A stretch of 47,652 bases of DNA from positions 1 to 47,652 of IMG/VR virus record IMGVR_UViG_3300010376_000050; one strand, given 5' to 3'. This DNA is from a virus (Duplodnaviria > Caudoviricetes). The notes beneath the pieces were generated by a model, which saw nothing but the letters and a program-made list of their open reading frames with translations, searched no databases and was not told the DNA's origin. Below are positions 9,430 through 17,623 of this stretch, in pieces. Within the stretch, counting starts at the first letter, position 1; each line of letters begins with the position of its first letter. A program made the position numbers and the translations under genes.

Positions 9430-11130
9430 CTAGTACCCGCTGACTCCGACGGCCCGCTCGGCGAAGGCCGTCCGTTGATCCGCCACCCAACGCGTCGCTT
9501 CCGCCCCGCGTATCCCGCCGAGCGTGCCGGGAACGTAGCCGAGCGTGTCGAGCACGTCGAGCGTCGCCGAAGCCGGATAAGAGTTGTATTCGCGCAGGAA
9601 GGCGTCCGAGGCGCGGTGAACCCACACTTGCCCGTTCTTGAAGAGCGGCTCGAGCGCCTCGATCCGGTTCTTCTTGGCGTTTTCCGAGTTGTCGTACGGG
9701 AGTTCGTTCACCGAGATGGGACGCTTCTCCCGCCGGTTGCGCTCCGCGATGTGAAACGCCATCAAGTTCTGCGCCGCCACCGTCTCCAACCACGCGTCGG
9801 ACATCGACCAGCGGTGCCCGATCTCGTAAAACTTGTCGACCAGCACCGAGTAGGGCGAATTATTAGCCCAAACTTCTAAAATGTAAATCCTGTCCGTCTC
9901 GGGATTCCAGCCGACGACCAGGATCACGTGGTTGCAACGCGAACGCTTCTTGGCGTGGTTCAGGTCGACGATCATCCGCCGGTGAAGCACCCCCGCCGGA
10001 AGGTCCTCGATCGCCGCGCCTTCGCGCGCTTCGTGCTCGAGCAGGAGTTGATTCCTCAGGTCCTCGAGCGCCAGGTCCGCGCGCGATTGCTTGAAGCGGT
10101 AAAAACGGAGCCAGTCTTTCTTGAAGATGCACTCTTCGGGCAAGACGCTCAAGTTCAAAAAGAAGTGCGAGTAGTCGTACGCCCCGATGTCCGCGCGCTT
10201 CTGCGCCAACCGCGCCATCGTCCACTCTTCCGGGAAGATCGGCCGCCCGGCCGGGTGGGCCGCGCAACAACCGCCTTCGGCCGAATGCGTCTGGAACCGG
10301 AATTGCGGTTGGTTGGCTTTGATCCAGGAGTTCAGATCGTTGTGCGCCCAGCGGTTCCCGATCACCAGTTGCTCGCCCACCGAGCGCGCGTCGAATTCGG
10401 CGTCGCCGGTGAACACATCCAGGCGCGTCGTAAGTTGACGGTGCCAACGGATCAGCCCGTCGAGCACGCGCCCGTCGCCGTGAAGCAGCGAGTCCTGTGC
10501 CGCCTTGCCCATGTTGTCGTCCTGAATCGTGCGGTCCGGGTGTATGCCTTGCAGCGCCTGCCCCACGCCGCGGTACTCGTACGTGCCCGTGGTCGCGTCG
10601 ATGTTCGCCTCGGCCCGCTCCCGGCGGTGAAACTTACTGTGGTCGTTCCACGTCGCCTGATTCGTCGGCAGTACCTCGGGGAACAAGTAGCGGAACAAGT
10701 CGTTCGACTGATAGTGCTCGTCGACTTCTTTGCCGATGTCAATCGCCCGCGACTCGATCTCGTGCGTCACGAGCGTGCGCGTGTTCTGATTATGCGCCAG
10801 CCGCATCCACCGTACCCACGCGTCGCCGTAACCGAGCGCGCGCATCATGTGCTCGTCGCGTGCCGTGAACGGTAGGGCCTTCCACATCGAGAACCCCACG
10901 CCGATCGTCGTCTTGAAGTGCGACATCGGTATCTCGAAAACCAGATGAAGGTCCTCGGCCTCGAGCGACGCGCACATCAGCCTGTGAAGCGAATTACGAG
11001 CCGCCGAGAGCCGGTACTTGTGAAGCACGTTCCGCGTGAAGAAATAAAGCGAGCCGAGGGAGTTCAAGCGGTAGGCGTCGCGCCAGGCGGCGTTCTTCAC
11101 CGGCGGCAACGCGATCGGGCGCCACTTCAT
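9430..11130 (-). CDS. terL: Terminase large subunit
   Basis: Walker A-like PMSHFKTT, GIHPDRTIQDD Walker B region, IGNRW coupling motif, and RNase H-like nuclease motifs (IVD, ETVAAQ, KNRIEALEP, DVLD). Confidence 0.9.
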   Translation of the reverse strand: MKWRPIALPPVKNAAWRDAYRLNSLGSLYFFTRNVLHKYRLSAARNSLHRLMCASLEAEDLHLVFEIPMSHFKTTIGVGFSMWKALPFTARDEHMMRALGYGDAWVRWMRLAHNQNTRTLVTHEIESRAIDIGKEVDEHYQSNDLFRYLFPEVLPTNQATWNDHSKFHRRERAEANIDATTGTYEYRGVGQALQGIHPDRTIQDDNMGKAAQDSLLHGDGRVLDGLIRWHRQLTTRLDVFTGDAEFDARSVGEQLVIGNRWAHNDLNSWIKANQPQFRFQTHSAEGGCCAAHPAGRPIFPEEWTMARLAQKRADIGAYDYSHFFLNLSVLPEECIFKKDWLRFYRFKQSRADLALEDLRNQLLLEHEAREGAAIEDLPAGVLHRRMIVDLNHAKKRSRCNHVILVVGWNPETDRIYILEVWANNSPYSVLVDKFYEIGHRWSMSDAWLETVAAQNLMAFHIAERNRREKRPISVNELPYDNSENAKKNRIEALEPLFKNGQVWVHRASDAFLREYNSYPASATLDVLDTLGYVPGTLGGIRGAEATRWVADQRTAFAERAVGVSGY

Positions 11131-11136
11131 GCGGCC

Positions 11137-11259
11137 TCAGTCCTTCGTCGCCAGCAAAACCAGGCCGACGACCAGGGCGATGAACAGTACGGCCCACGGC
11201 CAAAGGTCGGCCGCCACGCGGTGCCAGAACGGCACGTGCTTCCTCCAATAACGCGGCAT
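11137..11259 (-). CDS. Small single-TM protein (40 aa)
   Basis: Hand-translated MPRYWRKHVPFWHRVAADLWPWAVLFIALVVGLVLLATKD; fills the gap between GroES-like and terL. Confidence 0.55.
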   Translation of the reverse strand: MPRYWRKHVPFWHRVAADLWPWAVLFIALVVGLVLLATKD

Positions 11260-11263
11260 CTCG

Positions 11264-11857
11264 TCACGCCGCAGTATGAAGAGCCGTCGACCGCTTCACC
11301 CTCCGCAGCTCGAGGTGACCTTTGACGCGCGCGATGATTTCATCTTCACGCAATACGCCGAGCGTCACGTCGACGGGCTTGCCTTCCAGATCCACGGCGC
11401 TCAGGTCCCAAAAGTGCCCTGCGAAGCTCGGATAGATCACGCTCTCGCCGCGCTCGTAGTGCGTCACCTTCCAGCCCTTACTAACGATCGTGCCCGTAGT
11501 AGGACGCTTCTCGCTCTCTTGCGCGTGCGATATGCCGCCTCCGGCGGCGCCCGTTCCGGCGCAATCCGGACAGACCACCCAACCGCGGCCGTCGCAAGGG
11601 GCGCAGGTTTTCTTCGCACCGCTCACGACGGTCGACAGCTGGCTGCCCAGACCGGCGCAGTCCGGACAGACGATCACCGACGCTTGGTGAAGTTGATCGA
11701 GCATGCGTATGTCCTGCGCACGGCACCGCAGACACTCGTAGCCGCTCCGGAACTCGTCCTGAACGACGATCACCCGGTCACCGGCGGCCTCCATCTCGAG
11801 CGTGCCGAGTTTGATCCAGTTCGATTGAATCGCAGATTCGAAATCCAGTTCAGCCAC
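11264..11857 (-). CDS. groES: GroES/Cpn10-like co-chaperonin with inserted DnaJ-type zinc finger
   Basis: GDRVIV...AGGGI...EKRPTTGTIVSKG...GESVIYPSFAG...LREDEIIA parallels the GroES consensus; the insert has CLRC, CPDCAGLG, CAPCDGRG, CPDCAGTG. Confidence 0.8.
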   Translation of the reverse strand: MAELDFESAIQSNWIKLGTLEMEAAGDRVIVVQDEFRSGYECLRCRAQDIRMLDQLHQASVIVCPDCAGLGSQLSTVVSGAKKTCAPCDGRGWVVCPDCAGTGAAGGGISHAQESEKRPTTGTIVSKGWKVTHYERGESVIYPSFAGHFWDLSAVDLEGKPVDVTLGVLREDEIIARVKGHLELRRVKRSTALHTAA

Positions 11858-12047
11858 TCGCGCCCTCCGTCCGCCGCGCTTCGGCGTCGATTATCCCGCG
11901 CGCGCGGTTCACCGCTTCTTCGTAGGAAATCTTCGGCGAACCGGCGTAGATCATCGCCGCGGCCAGGATCAACAACTCGCGGTCGCTCAGCAATGCCAGT
12001 TGCCGAAGGTTCTTCGAGCTCACAGGAATCGCCCCGGCTTTTTCCAC
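11850..12047 (-). CDS. Hypothetical protein (65 aa)
   Basis: Short overlaps with both neighbours; helical. Confidence 0.5.
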   Translation of the reverse strand: MEKAGAIPVSSKNLRQLALLSDRELLILAAAMIYAGSPKISYEEAVNRARGIIDAEARRTEGASG

Positions 12048-12316
12048 AACGGTTTGCGCGCGGCTTCGGCCGGCATCCCTCGGCGTGACCTCGAGACGAC
12101 GGCACCCGGCCGAATCTCCGCGACTCCCGGGGTTGCCGTAGTCGACCGTTCATCGCCCGCGCTAGATTCGGTCGCCCCGGGAATTTCGCCCACGAGCAAC
12201 GCGCGCGCGTACGCGCTCACGCTGAACTGTCCGGCGCGTTCGCGCAACTCTTCGTACTCGCCCCGCTCGAGATAAATCACCAGCCGGACCCGGTCTTTTA
12301 TGCGTGACGCTACCAT
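12020..12316 (-). CDS. Ribbon-helix-helix-like DNA-binding protein
   Basis: RVRLVIYLERGEYEELRERAGQFSVSAYARALL fits the CopG/RHH pattern. Confidence 0.6.
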   Translation of the reverse strand: MVASRIKDRVRLVIYLERGEYEELRERAGQFSVSAYARALLVGEIPGATESSAGDERSTTATPGVAEIRPGAVVSRSRRGMPAEAARKPLWKKPGRFL

Positions 12317-12336
12317 GACGCTACCGTGACGCTACT
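12304..12336. repeat. Three tandem 11-bp direct repeats (core TGACGCTAC)
   Basis: gtgacgctacc atgacgctacc gtgacgctact, read directly. Confidence 0.85.
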
Positions 12337-12532
12337 TAAATCGCTTCGCCCGCAACAGCGCGATCGAGCGACGCACGCGGCGCTTCATCACGCCGTGGTC
12401 GTCGCGCGGGGCCTGAATCAATTCGCCTTTGCTGTAGTAGCAACGCCAGCGCGACCATTCGATCGCCCGCGCCAACGCGCGCTTTTGCTGCCGCGTTTTC
12501 TCTTCAGGATTCATCATCGACGAACTCTCCAT
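12332..12532 (-). CDS. Small basic hypothetical protein
   Basis: ORF track; start uncertain. Confidence 0.45.
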   Translation of the reverse strand: MESSSMMNPEEKTRQQKRALARAIEWSRWRCYYSKGELIQAPRDDHGVMKRRVRRSIALLRAKRFK

Positions 12533-13001
12533 CTACAGCGTTTTCGCCATCACCGTTCTCGGCCAGCAAACATTTCACGGAGTTTTCGGCCTCGCGTTTT
12601 TCGCGTTCCGAGAGCACGTGTTCGACGATTCCCGAGTGCTCCACGGCGAGCGGCGCGTAAACTCCGAGTATTTTTAAGCTCATGTCTTGGGCTTGAATTT
12701 GAATCGCGTAATCTTTCACCGTTCTCTGGTCCGTGACTTCACCTTCGTGAGCGAAGAACTGAGTTTTGCGAGCTCCGAGCAATTCGGCTTGATGTTTGGC
12801 GAAGCGGGCCGCGTCCCAACCTATTTTCTCGAGCTCGGCCAGGATGAGCGGGCGCATCGCCTTCAGTGCGTTGTTCGCTCCCTGTGGCGACGTATATCCC
12901 GCGGCTTTCGCGGCTTCGGCGATCGTTCGGGATTTCGAGAACACCTTCAGGAGACGGCGGCGTTGCGGCGAGAGTTTCTCGAAGGTGCGCTTTTTTTTCA
13001 T
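12504..13001 (-). CDS. terS: Terminase small subunit (putative)
   Basis: N-terminal HTH (TIAEAAKAAGY), FFAHEGEVTD...D...ILGVYAP...VEHSG pattern; upstream of TerL. Confidence 0.7.
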   Translation of the reverse strand: MKKKRTFEKLSPQRRRLLKVFSKSRTIAEAAKAAGYTSPQGANNALKAMRPLILAELEKIGWDAARFAKHQAELLGARKTQFFAHEGEVTDQRTVKDYAIQIQAQDMSLKILGVYAPLAVEHSGIVEHVLSEREKREAENSVKCLLAENGDGENAVDGEFVDDES

Positions 13002-13447
13002 CGGAACACGAGGCGCAAAAAGTTTTCCGCTCTTCGGACGTTGGCGGGCGAATTATACCAGCGGTTTACGCCCGAAGGATGAGGCACGACCGCGAACTCT
13101 CCGCGGCCGAGTCCCCAACGCCTCGTCTCGAGGATCGGAAGCGGATCGGCGAAGAAGGCGCGCGCTACGTTCGCTCCGAGCAGAATCACCAGCCGGTAAC
13201 GAACGAGCGAGGGGAAAAGCGCCGCCGCTTCCTCCCGCGCGATCTCGAGCGGAAACGCATCGCCCTTCCCGTTCTTTCCGCAGAAGCGCGAGAGCAGGTT
13301 TACGACGTCCGCTTTCGCGAAAAGTTCGGCGAGGGAAAGCCCGGCGAACTCGGCGAGCCGCGAACCGCTTCCGGGACCATCGAGGGGCGCTTGGCCCAGC
13401 CGGTGTCGCTTCGACGGTCCTTGCGCGATCACCAGCACGTTTTTCAC
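12998..13447 (-). CDS. Uracil-DNA glycosylase superfamily protein
   Basis: VLVIAQGPS (motif A variant), SGSRL, VILLGANVA and VPHPSGVNRWYN (motif B). Confidence 0.75.
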   Translation of the reverse strand: MKNVLVIAQGPSKRHRLGQAPLDGPGSGSRLAEFAGLSLAELFAKADVVNLLSRFCGKNGKGDAFPLEIAREEAAALFPSLVRYRLVILLGANVARAFFADPLPILETRRWGLGRGEFAVVPHPSGVNRWYNSPANVRRAENFLRLVFR

Positions 13448-14382
13448 CCCGCAGTCTCTCCGTCGACGACGAGGCGCATGCCGTAGTCGTCCTTCCCGGC
13501 CGGGATTCTATACCACTCCGGGCGCGGCGCCAACTTTTGTTTGAATCCCGAGTAGTCGACCTGGTGATGAACACGCCCGAACTTCTCGACCACCTTCGCG
13601 ATCTCCGGGTAGACGGCGGCGAGCATCTCCGATTTCGCCACCGTCCCGTTCTCCGCGTACCGCTTCCCTTCTTCGCGGCGGCCTTCGGCCCAGTAGAAGT
13701 CGGCGGTGCAGCCGCCCTTCAAAAGCTGAGTCCCTTGCTTCAAGATCAAGAAGGCGTTGAACAAGACCGTCACCCAACCGTCCGAGAGCAGGTCGAGCGA
13801 AAGGATCGTGTCCTCGTTGTACCTCCCCCGCCACCGCGCCGCCGCGTCGTTCCGCACGAGGTTGCACGAATAAATCCGCGTGTTGGTCGTGAACGGCGGC
13901 ATCACCGTTTTCCGCGAAGCGAACATAAAATAATTCGGCCCGGCCATCCCGACGTTCTCGTACCGCGAGCAGAAATCCTCCATCGCCCGGAAGAAGGCCG
14001 GAGAACGGCAGGGCGTCTTCAAATTGTGATTCAGCCGGAAGAACCCGTAGAGGTTGTCGTCCATAACCCAGTGCCACGCCGCCCCGCGGGCGACGGAGTC
14101 GGCCCAGGCGAAGTTCCGCGCCGGTCCCGGGCCGGTCGACTTCGAGAGCCCGAGGTCGTCGCACGTCTCGTACCGCTCCTTGAACGCCAGATCGAGTTCG
14201 AGCACGTCGGCCGCCAAGTCGTGATACTCCACCGCCCGCCGGTACTTCTCCGCCTCGGCCGGTTCGGCGACGACGTAGTGACGGACGCCCATCTCGGTCA
14301 GGTGTTTAGACGTGATCATCAACTCCGACCGCCCCTTCGAGACGACGTAGAGCGGGTGACGCGGATACGGGCGGTCACTCAT
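13444..14382 (-). CDS. TET-associated/GREB1-like glycosyltransferase (TAGT, GT-A fold)
   Basis: PLYVVSKGRS, GPARNFAW, WHWVMDDN, NTRIYSC, WRGRYNEDTILSL and GRVHHQVDY motifs. Confidence 0.85.
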   Translation of the reverse strand: MSDRPYPRHPLYVVSKGRSELMITSKHLTEMGVRHYVVAEPAEAEKYRRAVEYHDLAADVLELDLAFKERYETCDDLGLSKSTGPGPARNFAWADSVARGAAWHWVMDDNLYGFFRLNHNLKTPCRSPAFFRAMEDFCSRYENVGMAGPNYFMFASRKTVMPPFTTNTRIYSCNLVRNDAAARWRGRYNEDTILSLDLLSDGWVTVLFNAFLILKQGTQLLKGGCTADFYWAEGRREEGKRYAENGTVAKSEMLAAVYPEIAKVVEKFGRVHHQVDYSGFKQKLAPRPEWYRIPAGKDDYGMRLVVDGETAG

Positions 14383-14797
14383 AGCTCTTGTCCGCGAACC
14401 TCCCGATCTCCGCCTTCGGATACCAGATCGAGCGCGTCGTGAGGTTTATCGTCTGATCGACGAGCCGGGCGAAACGTTCCATCGCCGAGCGCGACTCGAA
14501 GTGAACGAGGACCGACGCGAACGGTTCGAGGTCTTTCTGAACGAACTCCGGCATCGACCGCCAATGTTCTTCCCACCACGTGCCGATCTCTAAGAGCGGG
14601 ATCTGCCCGTCGGATTCCAATTCGGCCCGCATCGGCGGCGCCGCCTCCGGTTCCGCTTCTTCCGGTTCTCCGCCGACGAGTTCCTCGACCGGGTTCCCGG
14701 AGGAGTCGGTTTCCTTCCCGTCTCCGGAAAACAAACCGAATTGTTCTCCGCCGACGGTCACGATCTCGCCTCCCGACGGGCGCTCTTCGCACCGCAC
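14375..14797 (-). CDS. Small acidic protein coupled to the glycosyltransferase
   Basis: WEEHWRSMPEFVQ...VHFES...TRSIWYP; stop overlaps the GT start region. Confidence 0.65.
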   Translation of the reverse strand: MRCEERPSGGEIVTVGGEQFGLFSGDGKETDSSGNPVEELVGGEPEEAEPEAAPPMRAELESDGQIPLLEIGTWWEEHWRSMPEFVQKDLEPFASVLVHFESRSAMERFARLVDQTINLTTRSIWYPKAEIGRFADKSYE

Positions 14798-15000
14798 GTC
14801 ATCACTGCGATTTTATCGCGAGCCACAAAATGAACCTCACCACCGCCAGCACGGCGATCGCCCGGGCGACCTTGCCGATCATCGAACTTTGTCCCTGAAC
14901 AAAAACTTCGTAAGCCCCACGGTTGCGAAACAAGCCAGGTAGGCGTAAATAGTGGAGTGAGTCCACAACTCCACTATCCCGCCGACCAGCGCCCCGGCGA

Positions 15001-15375
15001 CTACTTCGCGGAAAATCTGTGCCATTCGGGCCTCTTCCGCATAAGGAGTCCCGTGAGTGCCACGAGGAGCATGGCGATCGTAGATGGTTCGGGCGTTGAG
15101 ATTGGTGCCGCAGGTCCACCGAGATTTTGGACAACAACCCTTCCATTCTCGATAGTGAGATGCGGACCCGTAGGCACGATGGTTGTGTTGACGTCCTCGC
15201 CCTGGTCATCGGTCATAATCGGAGGTGCGGACGGCGTAGTAGGTCCGCCGACCGCACAGATGGCAGACCATCCTACCGGAACGATGCAATCACTCGGCAA
15301 GGTTGCCGTGTCAGCGTGGCAGGTTGAGACTGCAAGTACGAGTGTGAGTAAAGCGAATTTAATCGGGCTGGTCAT
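15001..15375 (-). CDS. PEP-CTERM sorting-domain protein with signal peptide (124 aa)
   Basis: Start MTSPIKFALLTLVLAVSTCHA (AAGGAG RBS); C-terminal TPEPST-IAMLLVALTGLL-MRKR. Confidence 0.85.
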   Translation of the reverse strand: MTSPIKFALLTLVLAVSTCHADTATLPSDCIVPVGWSAICAVGGPTTPSAPPIMTDDQGEDVNTTIVPTGPHLTIENGRVVVQNLGGPAAPISTPEPSTIAMLLVALTGLLMRKRPEWHRFSAK

Positions 15376-15547
15376 TTTTCTCCTTTTCCTTTCGCCACTT
15401 CTCCGCCAGCACCCAGAGTCCCAGAATGATTGCGGCCACCAGGATGCCGGTGTTGATGGTTTTGTCATGGAACAGTTTCACGTTGGCAACCACAAACAGA
15501 ACCGCGCTGATCGCGGTCAAGATCGCCAGAATTATCTTGCGTCTCAC
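15359..15547 (-). CDS. Small two-TM membrane protein (62 aa)
   Basis: Two hydrophobic segments and a basic C-terminus. Confidence 0.65.
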   Translation of the reverse strand: MRRKIILAILTAISAVLFVVANVKLFHDKTINTGILVAAIILGLWVLAEKWRKEKEKNDQPD

Positions 15548-15548
15548 T

Positions 15549-16142
15549 TCAGCACCATCCTTGCTCGGCTTCCCAGCCGTAGAACAAGCCCAAAGCCAGG
15601 AAGTAAGCGTCCTCCGGCGGAGGTGTGTAGCGTGCTAGGATAAAGCACTCCACTGCCAGGTACTTGCAAGTGGACATGATTTGGAGCCACGGTCGCGGAA
15701 GCGCAAATGAGGCGTTCGCTATCGTGTCTGGTGCGCTTTCGAGTGTCGAGATACGTTCGAGCATGACAGCCTCAAGCGCAGCTAGTCCGAGGTTGCGGAG
15801 GTTCTCATGGAACGTCTTCTCGTCCTCTGTTGGAGCTTCTGATGGGTGGGTCAGCACCTGCTCGGTTAGCCAGGTGTTGAACCCTGTCTCTTCCATGTGA
15901 GCGAACGTCATGCGTGACGCTACAACCGCCTCGCGGACGTCCGCCTTGGTCTGCTTGTGGAGTTTGACTTGCTCGGTCAGGCGCTGGATTGAGAGTGTGG
16001 CACCGTGCATCACAGCCTGCGATAGATGTGGCGATTTGCCTTCTTCTGCGGGGTCCTTCGCAAGCGGCCTCGACTGTCCCAACACTACGCTTGGAACTGC
16101 TACCGCACCTGCTACCGCCAGGAACTGCCTGCGGCTGGTCAT
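15549..16142 (-). CDS. Twin-arginine (Tat) signal protein (197 aa)
   Basis: ATGA-coupled start MTSRRQFLAVAGAVAVPSVVLGQ matches S/T-R-R-x-F-L. Confidence 0.75.
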   Translation of the reverse strand: MTSRRQFLAVAGAVAVPSVVLGQSRPLAKDPAEEGKSPHLSQAVMHGATLSIQRLTEQVKLHKQTKADVREAVVASRMTFAHMEETGFNTWLTEQVLTHPSEAPTEDEKTFHENLRNLGLAALEAVMLERISTLESAPDTIANASFALPRPWLQIMSTCKYLAVECFILARYTPPPEDAYFLALGLFYGWEAEQGWC

Positions 16143-16435
16143 TGTGGCTCCCTTCCCTTCGGCGTGTAACTTCTCTCCCAGGTTTCCTGATCTTTCGCTA
16201 CGTTCTCCTTGGACTCGCAATAGACGATCTTTAGATTGAGTCTGCGGATGCCGGTGTGTACCGAGTATCCAGGCGGACAGGTCCAGTGGTAGTAGTCCCA
16301 ATATTTGTCCGGGGGCGCGAGCACCGGCTTGGGGCCATCGTAGTGTTCAGCGCATCCGCCGAGGAGCGTTATTGCTGCGAGCGCGAGAAGCGCCAATCCG
16401 AAGGCGATCCAGAATGCTACCTCGATCAGTGTCAT
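16139..16435 (-). CDS. Putative lipoprotein (98 aa)
   Basis: Hydrophobic N-terminus ending in a lipobox-like LLGGC. Confidence 0.55.
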   Translation of the reverse strand: MTLIEVAFWIAFGLALLALAAITLLGGCAEHYDGPKPVLAPPDKYWDYYHWTCPPGYSVHTGIRRLNLKIVYCESKENVAKDQETWERSYTPKGREPQ

Positions 16436-16893
16436 CGCTTCCCCTTCTCGCGCAGTAGGGCATTCAGTACGTCGGTAAGCAAGTCACAGTCTATGTCGTC
16501 CCGCCCCATTGATTCGCGATGGGCCTTCTTAACTTCTGGCACTGTAAACTGTGGCACGGTAGATGGCTCGGCGGGTGTGGACTCGGCGGCCAGTTTTTGG
16601 TGCAACTCGTGAATCTGTCTCTGATAGTCATTCAAACGTCCCATGTTATCCCTGCATGCTAGCGTGTGCTGATGCTGTCCACCGCAAACACAATAGTAAA
16701 CGGCTAATTCAGGTTCCTTGGATGCAATGCGTTCAATGTCTGCTTGACTTAACACTTTTGGATGCGCGGGTACTGACTCGGCTGCCTTCATGCGCTGGAT
16801 ACGCCAAATTATCATCGTGAGTTCGTCCGCGCATCTCTGCGGATCGTCACCACTGCGCAACTTATCCCGCAGTGCTTCTAGCTCGTGGATCAT
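16432..16893 (-). CDS. Tandem paralogue 3 (MIHELEALRD family)
   Basis: Shares N-terminus with the two upstream genes and LREKGKR C-terminus with paralogue 1. Confidence 0.7.
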   Translation of the reverse strand: MIHELEALRDKLRSGDDPQRCADELTMIIWRIQRMKAAESVPAHPKVLSQADIERIASKEPELAVYYCVCGGQHQHTLACRDNMGRLNDYQRQIHELHQKLAAESTPAEPSTVPQFTVPEVKKAHRESMGRDDIDCDLLTDVLNALLREKGKR

Positions 16894-17156
16894 GGCTTAC
16901 CACTTGCCAGGGCAGCCAGAGTGTCTTTATGGAATATGCCATCTGGTAGATACTCATGAAGGAAAGCTATCTCGCCCCGCTGTGCCATGCACACCCTCAC
17001 AGCCATTTCAAACTCAGCGCGTTCGCCCGGCTGCACCTTCATGCGCTGGATGATGGCGTCTAACTCAAGAGCACATATCTTCGCAGAGATTCCAGCTATA
17101 GGAGAGTTCTTCTCGCTCCTCCACCTATCCCGCAGCGCTTCTAGATCGCTAATCAT
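16890..17156 (-). CDS. Tandem paralogue 2 (MISDLEALRD family)
   Basis: Shared N-terminus and ELDAIIQRMK. Confidence 0.7.
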   Translation of the reverse strand: MISDLEALRDRWRSEKNSPIAGISAKICALELDAIIQRMKVQPGERAEFEMAVRVCMAQRGEIAFLHEYLPDGIFHKDTLAALASGKP

Positions 17157-17623
17157 CGCTTCCCTTTCTCGCGCAGTCGAGGAGGGAGTTCAATCCATGC
17201 GTGGCAACGCCCACAGTACAGAACGCCGTCAATATCATAAGTGCCATCATCGTCAGGAGCATGACCGTATGAAATGCCAACAGCGTGGTCTACTTTAAGG
17301 CAATTTACTCCGTGAACTGGCTGCGCGGGTGCGGATTCGGCGCGGATAGCCGCAAACTCATAGGCAAGCGCAGGGATGACCTTCTTTTCAACCCACCACT
17401 CTTTCGGATCGTTGGCGAATGCTTCGCGTATGAACTTCTGTGCCCGTTCCAGATCGCTCGGCTGCGCTTTCATGCGCTGGATGATGGCGTCAAGCTCGTG
17501 TGCGTATTCCGACAATACGTGCCTTACCTGTCTTGTCGCCGATTTGTACGATTCGGGTAGATCTTCGAGTTCTCGTAACTCACTGAAGCACCTATCCCGC
17601 AGTGCTTCTAGCTCGCTAATCAT
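17153..17623 (-). CDS. Tandem paralogue 1 (MISELEALRD family)
   Basis: Shared N-terminus, ELDAIIQRMK and LREKGKR. Confidence 0.7.
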   Translation of the reverse strand: MISELEALRDRCFSELRELEDLPESYKSATRQVRHVLSEYAHELDAIIQRMKAQPSDLERAQKFIREAFANDPKEWWVEKKVIPALAYEFAAIRAESAPAQPVHGVNCLKVDHAVGISYGHAPDDDGTYDIDGVLYCGRCHAWIELPPRLREKGKR

